A DNA stretch of 32,484 nt from Candidatus Doudnabacteria bacterium (GCA_041497195.1 JBGQGB010000006.1:1-32484), one strand, 5' to 3'; counted from the stretch's first letter, positions 1 to 10,069 are shown. The notes: generated from the sequence alone by a model not told the origin. A program made the numbers and translations.

Positions 1-1
1 A

Positions 2-1501
2 ACCTTTACAAATCAAACCCCAGGTTCCTGGACCTTAAGCTACAACTCCGGCGGTCCAGGGGGAGCGAGCTTCAGCAATATCACCCCGTCGGCCACTCAG
101 TCTTTTGGCGCCGGGGGCAGCCTGACATTTAGCTTGAATTTCCTCACCTCAAGTTCAGGGCTGACGGTAATCAAATCCGGGAGTGGTTCTGGCACAGTCA
201 CTAGCGCTCCGGCTGGGATCAATTGCGGCGGTACTTGTTCTGCCACTTTCAATAATGGCACTAACGTGACTTTGACAGCCGCTGCCGCTGGCGGTTCGAA
301 CTTCACCAGTTGGTCTGGCTGTGATAGCACGAGCGGCGTGATCTGTAACGTGACCATTAATTCCGGCAGGTCTGTCACGGCACAGTTTGATTTGCCAGCC
401 CCGACTGTCACAGTTTCTGTTCCAGCTACAGCTCCGATCAACACCAATTTTACAGTTTCCTGGACTGCCACCAATGCCTCGGGCGGCAGCGTGGTCAGTT
501 CCAGTTTCCCCTGCGGCAGCGGTCCGGGGCCCGGTTCGGCGCAAGTCAGCGGTTCCACCTCTGTTTCCTGCGCCACGACTGGCAGCAAGACCTTTACGAT
601 TATTGTGCAGAACTCGGTCGGTCAACAGTCAGCACCGGGCAGCGGGACAGTGGTCATCAATCAGGTTATTCCCAATCCGCCGACCAATCTCCAGCTGGAC
701 AATGCCAGCCAGTGCGGCCAGATCGGTCTGACCTGGCAAGACAACTCCAACAACGAGGACGGTTTCCATGTGTGGCGCTACCAGGCTGTCGGCAACCCAA
801 CCCTGAGTTACCAAGGTAACACTTATCACCTTGTTGCGACCCTCGGCCCGAACGTTACGACCTATCTTTCCAATTCGTCTACAGATAACCCGACCCCGGG
901 CAATTCCTATTCCTATATAGTGACCTCGTACAACTCGGCGGGCGATTCCAGTGTTTCCGGCCAGAATGCGGCGGGACCGGTATTCGTGAATCAGTGCATT
1001 GCCAACCTCAATGCTTCCCAGAAATTCGTCCTGCGAGTAAATGGTTCACCTTACACTAACCAGCTCATCAAGAATGGGGATACTGTCACTTTCCGGATTA
1101 CCATTGATAACACCCAGGGGACGGCGCCGGCGACTGCGGTCTACGTGGTTGATACACTCTCTAGCAATCTCCAATATGTAGCCAGTAGCGCGCGGCTTAA
1201 CGCAAATTGCGTGAGTTCTGCTTCGGGTGCGCTCTTAAACAGCGAAACCGTGAGCGGCCAGACGATTACCTGGCCTCGCTCTGGAAACAATTTGGGCACC
1301 AAAGCTCAAGGCTTGCCCAACTGGTGTCTGGATTTCAACGCCACGGTCAATTCCTCTTCTCAACAGTCCATCGACTTTTTCCAGAATAGTGCTGCCATCA
1401 ACTTTGGCGGGGGCCCCAGTCCGGTGATCGTGAAAAGCCCTCTGACTCCGATTCAAATCAACCAAGCCAAGGTCCCGACCATTCATGAAGTGGCGCCTTA
1501 G
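2..1501 (+). CDS. Large Ser/Thr/Gly/Asn-rich surface protein, 5'-truncated (divergent InlB B-repeat-like, Fn3 and DUF11-like domains)
   Basis: The frame is open from position 2 (TFTNQTPGSWTLSY...). GSGSGTVTSAPAGINCGGTCSATF...GSNFTSWSGC is a divergent InlB B-repeat. PNPPTNL...LTWQDNSNNEDGFHVWR is Fn3-like. GDTVTFRITIDN...VVDTLSSNLQYVASS is DUF11-like. Confidence 0.8.
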   Translation, partial: TFTNQTPGSWTLSYNSGGPGGASFSNITPSATQSFGAGGSLTFSLNFLTSSSGLTVIKSGSGSGTVTSAPAGINCGGTCSATFNNGTNVTLTAAAAGGSNFTSWSGCDSTSGVICNVTINSGRSVTAQFDLPAPTVTVSVPATAPINTNFTVSWTATNASGGSVVSSSFPCGSGPGPGSAQVSGSTSVSCATTGSKTFTIIVQNSVGQQSAPGSGTVVINQVIPNPPTNLQLDNASQCGQIGLTWQDNSNNEDGFHVWRYQAVGNPTLSYQGNTYHLVATLGPNVTTYLSNSSTDNPTPGNSYSYIVTSYNSAGDSSVSGQNAAGPVFVNQCIANLNASQKFVLRVNGSPYTNQLIKNGDTVTFRITIDNTQGTAPATAVYVVDTLSSNLQYVASSARLNANCVSSASGALLNSETVSGQTITWPRSGNNLGTKAQGLPNWCLDFNATVNSSSQQSIDFFQNSAAINFGGGPSPVIVKSPLTPIQINQAKVPTIHEVAP

Positions 1502-1666
1502 ACCCCAAACACTTACGCAGAAGCGCATCGCATCGGGTTTGCGCGAGCTCCTGGATTGCAAATCAGTAGGATCGGAATTTTTATCGAAGCCCCCTGCTTC
1601 GAAAATAGCGGCGGCTTTTTATAATCAGTTATTTTTTTGGAAAGCCCGGCTTTCATTTCTGAATTT

Positions 1667-1695
1667 TTGCGAGATGCTGGATTTTGCAGTATAGT
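1667..1695 (+). promoter_or_regulatory. sigma70-type promoter for the pilin operon
   Basis: TTGCGA-17 bp-TATAGT, ending 23 nt upstream of ATG 1719. Confidence 0.55.
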
Positions 1696-1718
1696 TAAAG
1701 AGCAATCGTAAATCCTCA

Positions 1719-2396
1719 ATGACACAAAAGTTCCAATTGAAGGTGTTCCGAAGTAGCCGGGGTCAATCTCTGATCGAGACTATTGTTGCGATTTTTGTTT
1801 TGACGTCAGGGTTGGCGTCAGGGTTGGCTCTGGCGATTTTTTCGTTCGGGTCAAGTACGCAAATTACGACTCGGATCATTGCCACTGATCTTGCGCGCGA
1901 AGGCATAGAAGTCATACGGCGGATGCGGGATTCCAACTGGCTGGAGGGCAGTAAGGCCGGGGAATTGGTGGATTGCGGCGGGGGTCAGCCGTGTTTGACT
2001 GACTGGTTAAATGAGACTGACGTTGGTTATCATGTCATCACCCCGTCTGTCGGCAACGGGACCACGTATCGAGTGAATTTTGACCCCATATCAGCCGGCG
2101 ACAAATGGTCTCTTTTGCCAGCCGGAGATTATCGTTTGTATCTGCAACCCGGCGGGGGATTTAGTCATAATGGCGGGGCCGGGACGGTGACAACGAATTT
2201 TTTCCGCAAAATGGCCGTTATTACCGTGACCTCCGCCGCTCCTTATAATTTGACCAGTTCCCCGCTGATTCTGGTTCGTTCTACAGTCTGGTGGTGGGGT
2301 AAAAATTGTCCGCAGATTGCCGATCTGGTCAATCCCGCGCTCACTGCCTGCAAAATCATTGCGGAAGAAAATTTGAGCAATTGGCGAAACTACTGA
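1719..2396 (+). CDS. Minor type IV pilin (PilV-like), prepilin N-terminal cleavage/methylation motif
   Basis: RG|QSLIETIVAIFV class III signal with E5, followed by a hydrophobic helix and LAREGIEVIR. Confidence 0.8.
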   Translation: MTQKFQLKVFRSSRGQSLIETIVAIFVLTSGLASGLALAIFSFGSSTQITTRIIATDLAREGIEVIRRMRDSNWLEGSKAGELVDCGGGQPCLTDWLNETDVGYHVITPSVGNGTTYRVNFDPISAGDKWSLLPAGDYRLYLQPGGGFSHNGGAGTVTTNFFRKMAVITVTSAAPYNLTSSPLILVRSTVWWWGKNCPQIADLVNPALTACKIIAEENLSNWRNY

Positions 2397-2422
2397 AATC
2401 AGTAATGCCGTATGAACAAAAT

Positions 2423-3001
2423 ATGAAAAATTCCCAAACTAGCAAATCCTGGAAACATGCTCGGTCCCGAGCCAGTTCAGGCTTCACTATTATTGAGGCG
2501 GTCGTGGCGACCTCAGTGTTTGCTTTTGCCGCCGTCAGCATAGTCGGGGTGTATTTAGCCGTCCAGCGGCTCAATCAGGCCAGCGCAACGCTGCAGGCTT
2601 TGCAGCAAAATGGCCGGTTCGTGACCGAAGACATCACCAAGATTGTCAGAAATGGGCAAATCGATTATGCTAGCTACCCCGGAAGCCTAGTGAGCGAACC
2701 GTCGACTGGAGATTTGTATTTGATTGACCGGGACGGGGTGCATCTGCATATCTTTCAGTCTGGCACCGTTCTGGTCATCGGAAAAACTGGTTTTGGCTCG
2801 TCGAATTTGACGGGCGCGGAAGTCAAAGTTCTCAATTTTAAAGCTTTTGTCTGGCCTTCGACAGATCCTTTTGCGGGCGGCTCCGTTTTGCAGCAACCAA
2901 CCGTGACAGTGTATCTGCAGCTTCAGGGGAATGTGTACCCTCGGGACCAAACCTTGTTTTCCATCCAAACCACGGCAGTGACCCGGCAGTATCCCAAATA
3001 A
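2423..3001 (+). CDS. Minor type IV pilin (PilW/PulJ-like)
   Basis: SG|FTIIEAVVATSV prepilin motif. The start is more likely ATG 2423 (or 2405) than the track's 2306, which overlaps the upstream gene. Confidence 0.8.
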   Translation: MKNSQTSKSWKHARSRASSGFTIIEAVVATSVFAFAAVSIVGVYLAVQRLNQASATLQALQQNGRFVTEDITKIVRNGQIDYASYPGSLVSEPSTGDLYLIDRDGVHLHIFQSGTVLVIGKTGFGSSNLTGAEVKVLNFKAFVWPSTDPFAGGSVLQQPTVTVYLQLQGNVYPRDQTLFSIQTTAVTRQYPK

Positions 3002-3029
3002 ATTTTCTCATGGAATTTGCAATTTAACT

Positions 3030-3746
3030 ATGCGCAGCCCACGTCTCCAAATTGGTCAAAAGAAAAACAACCGGTCCACTCCGGGTACCCGGCAGGAGGG
3101 GGTCACTCTGGTCATCGCCTTGGTGATGTTGGCGTCGGTGACGTTTATTAGTTTTTCCCTTTCGACCATTATTTTACGCGAAATCGCGGCGGCGCAACTG
3201 ATCCTCAAGACCGAGCCGGCCATTAACGCGGCAGACGCGGGCGGGGAGGTTGGGCTTTATCAAGTGTTGCGCCAGACTGGCAATACCGTGACGACCGGGA
3301 CCTTGGCTCAAAGCGGGGCTAGCTATCAGGTCGTGGAAAATTTGTATGCCAATCCTTATACTGTCGTCATTGCAGCAGGTCAAGGAAGCCAAGTCGCCCT
3401 GTACGACCCGACCAATCCCAATAATCTCAATGCCAATTACAGCCGAGTCACAGTCACTGTTGACCACCCTTCCACTGTCACTATTTATTCTTTGGGTGAT
3501 TTGAGCAATCCGATATGCGGGACGCCGGTCAATGATAGCGGTACGTTTACCTGCAATCCGTTGACTCCCCAAAACGGAGACGGACGTTATTTTATAGTAA
3601 TTAACCCCACCGGCAACCAGGCAGTCAACGTACAGGTGACAGCATTACCCAACGGGGTCCCGGCAGTTTCTCCGAATCTGAACGTCACCGGGAACAACGG
3701 GAGCGTGCAGCGCAAAATCCAGATCGATCTCAATCCCGCGCCCTGA
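3030..3746 (+). CDS. Minor pilin, PilX-like
   Basis: EG|VTLVIALVML lacks E5, as is typical of PilX/GspK; AINAADAGGEVGL motif; third gene in V-W-X order. Confidence 0.75.
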   Translation: MRSPRLQIGQKKNNRSTPGTRQEGVTLVIALVMLASVTFISFSLSTIILREIAAAQLILKTEPAINAADAGGEVGLYQVLRQTGNTVTTGTLAQSGASYQVVENLYANPYTVVIAAGQGSQVALYDPTNPNNLNANYSRVTVTVDHPSTVTIYSLGDLSNPICGTPVNDSGTFTCNPLTPQNGDGRYFIVINPTGNQAVNVQVTALPNGVPAVSPNLNVTGNNGSVQRKIQIDLNPAP

Positions 3747-3783
3747 TGGTTCTTTTCCAAGTATTTGAGGAAATCTCCTCAAC

Positions 3784-3820
3784 AAAAAAACCGTCCCGAG
3801 CTTGTCGAAGGACGGTTTCT
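3784..3820. terminator. Bidirectional intrinsic terminator containing a REP-like palindrome
   Basis: AAACCGTCC-cgagcttgtcgaa-GGACGGTTT between convergent genes, with an A-run on the left. Confidence 0.7.
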
Positions 3821-3834
3821 GATTTGTAGTATTT

Positions 3835-4209
3835 CTATTTGGCCGGGCTTTGCGGAATTTTTATCTGTTGGCCGATTTTCAGGACATACGGTTCTTGCAA
3901 TCCGTTGAGGTCAGCCAGAGTCTGCCAGGAAACATTGAAGCGCTGGCTGAGATTGAACAGGGTATCGCCCTTTTTTACAGAATACATTTGGTATTCCGTT
4001 TTCGGATTTTGGGCCTGTTCACCCAAGATTTGTTTGGGTACGGCGGGGCTTGGCGCCTTGTGCGGGATCCGGGCGTAGAAGTAGATCCCGATCACGAGCA
4101 CCAGGACCAAGACGAACGCGCCGCGTTTCATCCAGCGCCCGGCTTCCGGGTACGGGGTGGTTTGAGCATGAAGGGAGCGGGATAGGTGGATTCTGTTTTT
4201 TGGAATCAT
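3835..4209 (-). CDS. Membrane-anchored LysM peptidoglycan-binding protein
   Basis: One TM helix, then the LysM motif YSVKKGDTLFNLSQRFNVSWQTLADLNGL...LKIGQQIKIP. Confidence 0.9.
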   Translation of the reverse strand: MIPKNRIHLSRSLHAQTTPYPEAGRWMKRGAFVLVLVLVIGIYFYARIPHKAPSPAVPKQILGEQAQNPKTEYQMYSVKKGDTLFNLSQRFNVSWQTLADLNGLQEPYVLKIGQQIKIPQSPAK

Positions 4210-4278
4210 TTTATTTCCCAGAGGTTTTTAATACCGCTCTTGTGGACAACTTCAATCTTGCGAATATTATAGCAAAAA

Positions 4279-6363
4279 ATGCCAAAAAAAACTATAATAA
4301 AATCAACAATGGACCAGAAAATTGCCACAATCAGAGCCCAAAAACTGCGGGAACAGATAAATGACCTGCGGTATCGCTATCACGTCCTCGACGACCCGAA
4401 GGTCACGGACGAAGTCTACGACTCCTTGACTGCAGAGCTGAAGCGGATTGAAGCCGCATTCCCGCAGCTTTTGACTGCAGACTCGCCTACCCAGCGGGTC
4501 GGCGGGAAGCCTTTGGCCAAATTTCACAAAATCCGGCACGACCAGCCCATGCTGTCCCTCAATGACGCTTTTAGCGAGGCGGAAATGCAAGAATGGGAGG
4601 AGCGCTTGCGCCGGCTGGAGCCGGATCGCAGTTGGGAGTATTTTGCGGAATTGAAGTTTGACGGCCTGGCCATCAGCCTCCGTTACGACGACGGTATTTT
4701 GCGCACCGCTGCCACTCGAGGCGACGGCGTGACGGGAGAGGACGTCACCAACAATCTTAAAACCATTGAAGCGGTGCCGCTTCGTCTGAATTTGGAATTG
4801 AAGCATACGGCCAGTTTCCCCAAAGCGTTGCGCGATAAACTGGCGAAAAATTTGGCCAATGTCCGGACAGTGGAAGTGCGCGGGGAGGCGCTCATGAGCA
4901 AGGCTGTCTTTGCTCGTCTCAATCGCGAGCAAAGCCGGGGAGGTAGCGCCACCTTTGCCAATCCCCGAAATGCGGCGGCAGGCTCCATCCGACAGCTGGA
5001 TCCGAGCATTACGGTTGCCCGTGACCTCGATTGGTATGCTTACCAATTGGTTACCGATCTGGGCCAGGCCACTCACGAGGAGGAGCATCTTATCTGCCAA
5101 ATGCTCGGGTTTAAGGTTCACAAGGAAAACCGGGTGGCCACAGGGCTTGCCGACATATTTATTTTTCACGAACAGGTCAAAAAGACGCGGGAGCGCCTGC
5201 CTTTTGAAGTGGACGGGGTGGTGGTGCAGGTCAATGAAAATGCCATAAGGCAGCGTTTTGGGGTCGTTGGCAAAGCGCCCAGAGGAGCGATTGCTTTTAA
5301 GTTTCCTGGGAAAAAGGCTACTACTATAATTGAAGGCATAGTGGTGCAGGTTGGTCGCACCGGAAAACTTACCCCGGTTGCGGTTTTGCGGCCAGTCCGA
5401 GTTGGCGGGGTAACGGTCAGTCGCGCGACCCTACATAATCTCGATGAGATTGAGCGTTTGGGGTTGCTCATTGGCGACACGGTGGTGGTCAGCCGGGCCG
5501 GTGACGTGATTCCCGCTGTCGAGGAAGTGTTGCCGAAGTTGCGCACAGGCAAAGAACGAAAATTTCATATGCCGAAAAATTGCCCGGTTTGCGGCGGGAA
5601 AGTCGAGAAAATCAAAGGCAGCGTTGATCAATTTTGCATGAATCCCAAATGTTTTGTGAAGACCCGCCGGGGGATTAGGCACTTTACTTCCAAGACCGCT
5701 TTCAACATTGAAGGCCTCGGCCCCAAGATTATCGAAAAGTTTGCGGATGAGGGCCTCATCACTGACGCGTCGGATTTGTTTGATCTCAAACCCGGCGATA
5801 TCGCTGCCCTTGAGCGGTTTGCCGAGAAAAGTGCGGACAATATCTATCAGGCCATTCAGAAATCAAAAGACATCTCCCTATCCCGGTTTATTTATGCGCT
5901 TGGCATCAAGCACGCTGGTGAGAAGACGGCTTTTGACCTGGCCGCTTATTTCGGCACTTTGGAAAGACTGCGCAAAGCTTCGCTCGAAGCTCTCAATCAA
6001 ATTGCAAACATTGGCGATATCGTCGCCAAAAGCATTAGTGAATTTTTTGCGGATAAACAAAACCAGAAATTTGTGGACCGGCTCTTGGACAAAGGAATTA
6101 AAATCAAAAGCGAGAAAGTCGAACACAAGAGCCAACGGCTGAAAGGGTTAAAGATCATCGTGACCGGCACGCTTGAATCCCTGTCCCGGGAGGAGGCCAA
6201 GCGAGCAATCATGGAAAACGGCGGAGATTTTGTATCGTCACTGTCAAAAAATACCGATTACCTGGTGGTCGGCGAGAACCCGGGAAGCAAATTGGATAAA
6301 GCGCAGAAGCTGGGTGTGAAATTGCTCAACGAAGCAGACCTTTTGAAATTATTGAGGAAGTGA
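4279..6363 (+). CDS. ligA: NAD-dependent DNA ligase
   Basis: ELKFDG adenylation motif, ATRGDG, EVRGE, FANPRNAAAGS, QVGRTG, C4 zinc finger, HhH and BRCT. An alternative start is ATG 4309. Confidence 0.98.
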   Translation: MPKKTIIKSTMDQKIATIRAQKLREQINDLRYRYHVLDDPKVTDEVYDSLTAELKRIEAAFPQLLTADSPTQRVGGKPLAKFHKIRHDQPMLSLNDAFSEAEMQEWEERLRRLEPDRSWEYFAELKFDGLAISLRYDDGILRTAATRGDGVTGEDVTNNLKTIEAVPLRLNLELKHTASFPKALRDKLAKNLANVRTVEVRGEALMSKAVFARLNREQSRGGSATFANPRNAAAGSIRQLDPSITVARDLDWYAYQLVTDLGQATHEEEHLICQMLGFKVHKENRVATGLADIFIFHEQVKKTRERLPFEVDGVVVQVNENAIRQRFGVVGKAPRGAIAFKFPGKKATTIIEGIVVQVGRTGKLTPVAVLRPVRVGGVTVSRATLHNLDEIERLGLLIGDTVVVSRAGDVIPAVEEVLPKLRTGKERKFHMPKNCPVCGGKVEKIKGSVDQFCMNPKCFVKTRRGIRHFTSKTAFNIEGLGPKIIEKFADEGLITDASDLFDLKPGDIAALERFAEKSADNIYQAIQKSKDISLSRFIYALGIKHAGEKTAFDLAAYFGTLERLRKASLEALNQIANIGDIVAKSISEFFADKQNQKFVDRLLDKGIKIKSEKVEHKSQRLKGLKIIVTGTLESLSREEAKRAIMENGGDFVSSLSKNTDYLVVGENPGSKLDKAQKLGVKLLNEADLLKLLRK

Positions 6364-6412
6364 GGGTAGCATAACCCTTTTTTGCCGTTAAATAATAAAC
6401 TAGCCGTTGGTT

Positions 6413-7936
6413 ATGCCAAAGTTTGGACTAAAACCTTTCTTGTATGTCATCGGGTTTGTGAGCGGAGTAGTGGTGATGGCCATGGAAATTTCTTTTTCTC
6501 GCCTGCTCGCCCCTTATTTTGGCACTTCCTTGTTTTTGTGGACCAATCTGATCGGGGCTATTTTGGTGGGCTTGGCCGTCGGATATTATCTTGGCGGTTA
6601 CCTCGCTGAACTGAGGCCACAGCTGGATTTGCTTCTCAAACTCCTGTTTGGTGCAGGCATTGTTTTTGCCTTGGTCCCAAGTCTAATAGACTGGTTGGGA
6701 GCTCAGGCGGCGACTCTTTGGCAAGCTAATCATGACTTGGGTTTATTTCTCGTCTGGTGGGGCATTGCTGTGACCATTTTAGTCCTCCCTATTGCGGTTT
6801 TGGGCATGGCCAGCCCGTATCTTATGAAAATTTATTCCCTCCAAAATTCCCAATTTGGTCGGGTTTCGGGCGGAATCTCTTTTGCCTTCACGGTGGGAAG
6901 TATTTTGGGGACTTATTTACCGACTTTTTGGCTGATTCCTAATTATGGGACCCACGCGACGATTCTCGGGTTTGCCAGCCTTTTGATCGTTATGGGAGCG
7001 GTTGGGTGGAGCGAAAATTGGCTGCGCGTAATTTTGCTTTTGGCGGGGATTGGATTGGTTGCCGCAGTTTGGGGGCAGCCGCTGTTGAATTTTGGATCTG
7101 GTTTGAAATTGCTCGTGCAAAAAGAATCCCTTTACAATTTTATCAGGGTCTTAGAAGACAAGTCTGGAAATCGCTATTTGATTTACAATGTGGGAATCGG
7201 GATTCAATCCTTGTATTCCCCCCAGCGGATTTTGACGGGTTTTTACTATGACTATTACAATTTGTTGCCCGCACTTGTGCCTGCGCACCAGCGACCTAAG
7301 GTGTTACTTTTGGGTCTGGCCGGAGGAACGATTTTACGGCAACTCCAGCATTTTTATGGGAATAATATCGAGCTTACTGCTGTCGAGATTGATCCCTCGG
7401 TCATCGTTTTGTCCCGGAGTTATTTTGGGCTCAACGATGTCGCGGTAAAAGTGATCAATCAGGATGCGCGCGTTTTTTTGCAAACTCAGCAGGGGCAGTA
7501 TGACATCATCATTGTCGATGCTTACCAGAACGAATTCGAAATTCCGTGGACGCTCGCCACCCAAGAATTTTGGCACTTGGTCCACTCCCGCCTCAGTTCT
7601 GACGGGGTTGTCGCCAGTAATGTAATCGGCAGTACTCAACAAAACAAGTTGGCGGAGGCGATTGCCAATACTCAGGCGAGCGTGTTTGCCAATACTTATA
7701 CGGGAGCGTTCTCTGAGGCTCATGGCCAGAATGAAATGATCGTCTCGGCCAACCACCCGGTGGATTTTTTGACTCTGCCGAGCGAGCTTGTTCCCCAGCT
7801 TCGCTCCCTGGCCCAGACCTGGGCCCGGGACCTGAACACTGTCGCGTATGACCCGCATCAACCGGTCTTGACAGATGACCGAGCGCCGGTCGAGATTCTC
7901 ACTAGCGCGATGGTTTTGGGCGGTGGCCGCCGCTGA
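6413..7936 (+). CDS. Fused membrane (MFS-like)/spermidine synthase-like SAM-dependent transferase
   Basis: About 7 N-terminal TM helices (SRLLAPYFGTS); LLLGLAGGT, VEIDP, YDIIIVDAY and LTDDRAPVE motifs. Confidence 0.85.
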   Translation: MPKFGLKPFLYVIGFVSGVVVMAMEISFSRLLAPYFGTSLFLWTNLIGAILVGLAVGYYLGGYLAELRPQLDLLLKLLFGAGIVFALVPSLIDWLGAQAATLWQANHDLGLFLVWWGIAVTILVLPIAVLGMASPYLMKIYSLQNSQFGRVSGGISFAFTVGSILGTYLPTFWLIPNYGTHATILGFASLLIVMGAVGWSENWLRVILLLAGIGLVAAVWGQPLLNFGSGLKLLVQKESLYNFIRVLEDKSGNRYLIYNVGIGIQSLYSPQRILTGFYYDYYNLLPALVPAHQRPKVLLLGLAGGTILRQLQHFYGNNIELTAVEIDPSVIVLSRSYFGLNDVAVKVINQDARVFLQTQQGQYDIIIVDAYQNEFEIPWTLATQEFWHLVHSRLSSDGVVASNVIGSTQQNKLAEAIANTQASVFANTYTGAFSEAHGQNEMIVSANHPVDFLTLPSELVPQLRSLAQTWARDLNTVAYDPHQPVLTDDRAPVEILTSAMVLGGGRR

Positions 7937-7980
7937 AACCAAAAAAATCGGACTTAAAGTAGTTTAGTTTTTCTAGAGTT

Positions 7981-8008
7981 AAAAAACTGCCTATTTGGCA
8001 GCCTTTTT
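7981..8008. terminator. Intrinsic terminator between convergent genes
   Basis: AAAAAA-CTGCC-tattt-GGCAG-cc-TTTTT. Confidence 0.55.
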
Positions 8009-8043
8009 ATAGTTCAAAATAGAACACTAATGAGCTTGCTCGT

Positions 8044-10002
8044 TTATTTACTTATTGTGACAGTGGCTTCGCTGCCCTGGTTCTTTGGCACTATTACTAT
8101 GCTCAAATATTCCGTTCCTTTTTGTTCGGAAAGTCCTTTCAATTCCGGTGAATCTGTTTCATTTGTTTGTTGCCAGTTGTTTTTTTGAGAATATGCTTTG
8201 TATTGGTCCAGCACCTGGGCGGGAGTCAGCCCGGAGGTAAAAATAGTTGTATATTGAGTGATTTTGTTCTCAGTTATGATATAACTTTGGCTGATCACCG
8301 CGTTCTGATCTAGAATCAGCTCTTTGGGAAATTCTGAGACCAATTGTCCAGAGGGGGCGTAGAATATAGGCTGACCGGTACTGGTCATCGAACTCGTATT
8401 TGTTTTCGACGTTTGATTGTAATCGACCGCGCCTTGCGGCTCCTCGATCTTGACTGATTTGTTTAGATTGGAAAAATTGATTTTGAGAGTAAGGGTCGCA
8501 CTGAAAGGAATATCGGTGAGTGAATAGGCTGTTTGTGTCGAGTTCCCGACAGGGCTGCCGAGGTTTCTTATGTCTTCTGGGGTGGTTTCTACACGGCCGG
8601 CTTTGAGCGAGGCGTTGCTTAAGTCCTGCCCAAGGCAAAAATCAATACTGTAAGATGTCCCGTTGTTGAGTTGCGTATAAGAGTAATAGTTATCAGTGGT
8701 GCCGCAGTTGCCGTCAGCCGGTATGGGCGCATGCGGAATCACAGCCATAATACTCGAAAATTTTGTGGGATTGCCGTCATTTGGATCAGGTAGTCCGTCT
8801 ATGGCTATTGGATAGCGGCCATTGGCATTGAAAAAAAGTTCCAGTGCAGTCTGCATTTGCCGGACATCTGAAATACGCTTTGCGTCTCGGGCTTTGGGGA
8901 AGGCGGATTTTTGAGCCGCCGCGATTGCTCCATAAACAGAGGGGAAATTGCTCTCGACGATGATTTGGTGAATCTCATGATCTGATTTTCCTATCCAGAC
9001 CTCGACTTTGCGCATGTCGAGTTTGTCAACCAAACTTTTGACATCCAAGCGGCTCTCCAATGCGATTCCGATGATTTTATTGACTTCATCGACATACAGA
9101 CTGAGCTGGGTTTTGTCCAGGGAAGCTTGGTAGTGCCAGGCATCCTGGTTGTCTATTTTTTCGCTTCCTAAAAGTTTGCCTGGTTTGACGAGAGTAACTT
9201 TTGTAAATGCATCAAGGATTTGTTGGATTTGCGCCTGGCTGAGTTTGGCCAGAGGGTTATTGAGGTTTGGGCTAGCGAGATCCAGTTTGACCCAATCCGC
9301 TTTTGCGGTATTAGCGTTTGCGTTACTGAGAAAATAACCGAGAATATTGTTGTTAAGTTTGTAGTAAACATTGTTTGCTATTTTCCGGCTCTCTCCGTCA
9401 ATGCTCAGTTTGATGCTTCCCAGTTGAATCGTACCGGTCGAAGTCAGGGAGTAATCGAGAGTTGGACTGGATGACGTTTGAAAATCTCCTTCAGCACTGG
9501 CTGATAAAGCCAGATCTCCCAGTCCGGCCAGGGTCGTGCCCAGGCCGCTAGTTTGGTTTGTTAGATCCGGGGGCAGCGGGTCTGAGTAATTTGCTTGGAT
9601 TTTGACATGGCCGCTTTTGATAGCGCGCGCATTGCTCGCAGTCTGTGGCCAGATCCGGTCAGGATTGTTGGCGTATTGGGCATAAGCGAGATACCCGCCT
9701 CCTCCTAAGATTATGATTGCCGCGCCAATGAAGATAAACAATTTAACCCTGCTCCATAGCGATGGCGGAGCGGGCATTTCCTCGCCTTCGGGAACTGCGG
9801 CTGGGTCGGCAGAAGGATTGAGTATTTCCAGTGGCCCCAGTTCACTGCTGCGAACTCTGGGCATCAGTGTTCTTTGCGTTTCCGTCCAGGCTTGGGAAAT
9901 CAAATTTTCATCCCAGCCGGCTTGCTTGAGCTGGGCCTTGATGTCCTGTTCGGATAGGCCAAGGTCCAAGCATTTCCGAATATATTCCAGGATTTCGTTC
10001 AC
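8044..10002 (-). CDS. Membrane-anchored exported protein: LppX/LprAFG-like beta fold with an inserted pilin/GspG-like domain
   Basis: N-terminal helical domain (GLSEQDIKAQLKQAGW), TM helix, GSEKIDNQDAWHY...VWIGKSD...FSNLNKSVKIEEP, and internal KARDAKRISDVRQMQTALELFFNANGRYP. Confidence 0.65.
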   Translation of the reverse strand: MNEILEYIRKCLDLGLSEQDIKAQLKQAGWDENLISQAWTETQRTLMPRVRSSELGPLEILNPSADPAAVPEGEEMPAPPSLWSRVKLFIFIGAAIIILGGGGYLAYAQYANNPDRIWPQTASNARAIKSGHVKIQANYSDPLPPDLTNQTSGLGTTLAGLGDLALSASAEGDFQTSSSPTLDYSLTSTGTIQLGSIKLSIDGESRKIANNVYYKLNNNILGYFLSNANANTAKADWVKLDLASPNLNNPLAKLSQAQIQQILDAFTKVTLVKPGKLLGSEKIDNQDAWHYQASLDKTQLSLYVDEVNKIIGIALESRLDVKSLVDKLDMRKVEVWIGKSDHEIHQIIVESNFPSVYGAIAAAQKSAFPKARDAKRISDVRQMQTALELFFNANGRYPIAIDGLPDPNDGNPTKFSSIMAVIPHAPIPADGNCGTTDNYYSYTQLNNGTSYSIDFCLGQDLSNASLKAGRVETTPEDIRNLGSPVGNSTQTAYSLTDIPFSATLTLKINFSNLNKSVKIEEPQGAVDYNQTSKTNTSSMTSTGQPIFYAPSGQLVSEFPKELILDQNAVISQSYIITENKITQYTTIFTSGLTPAQVLDQYKAYSQKNNWQQTNETDSPELKGLSEQKGTEYLSIVIVPKNQGSEATVTISK

Positions 10003-10040
10003 TTTTTTGTTTCTTTAGCAAGACGGATTTTTACCATTTA

Positions 10041-10069
10041 ATTATACCATAAAAAAATATGATTGACAA
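10041..10069 (-). promoter_or_regulatory. sigma70 promoter for the 8044-10002 gene
   Basis: On the minus strand, TTGTCA-17 bp-TATAAT with a TG extension. Confidence 0.7.

Noticed and set aside
4303-5840. Several antisense ORFs within ligA, and similarly within endoQ, dnaG and mgtA
   Set aside because: Shadow frames of well-supported genes.
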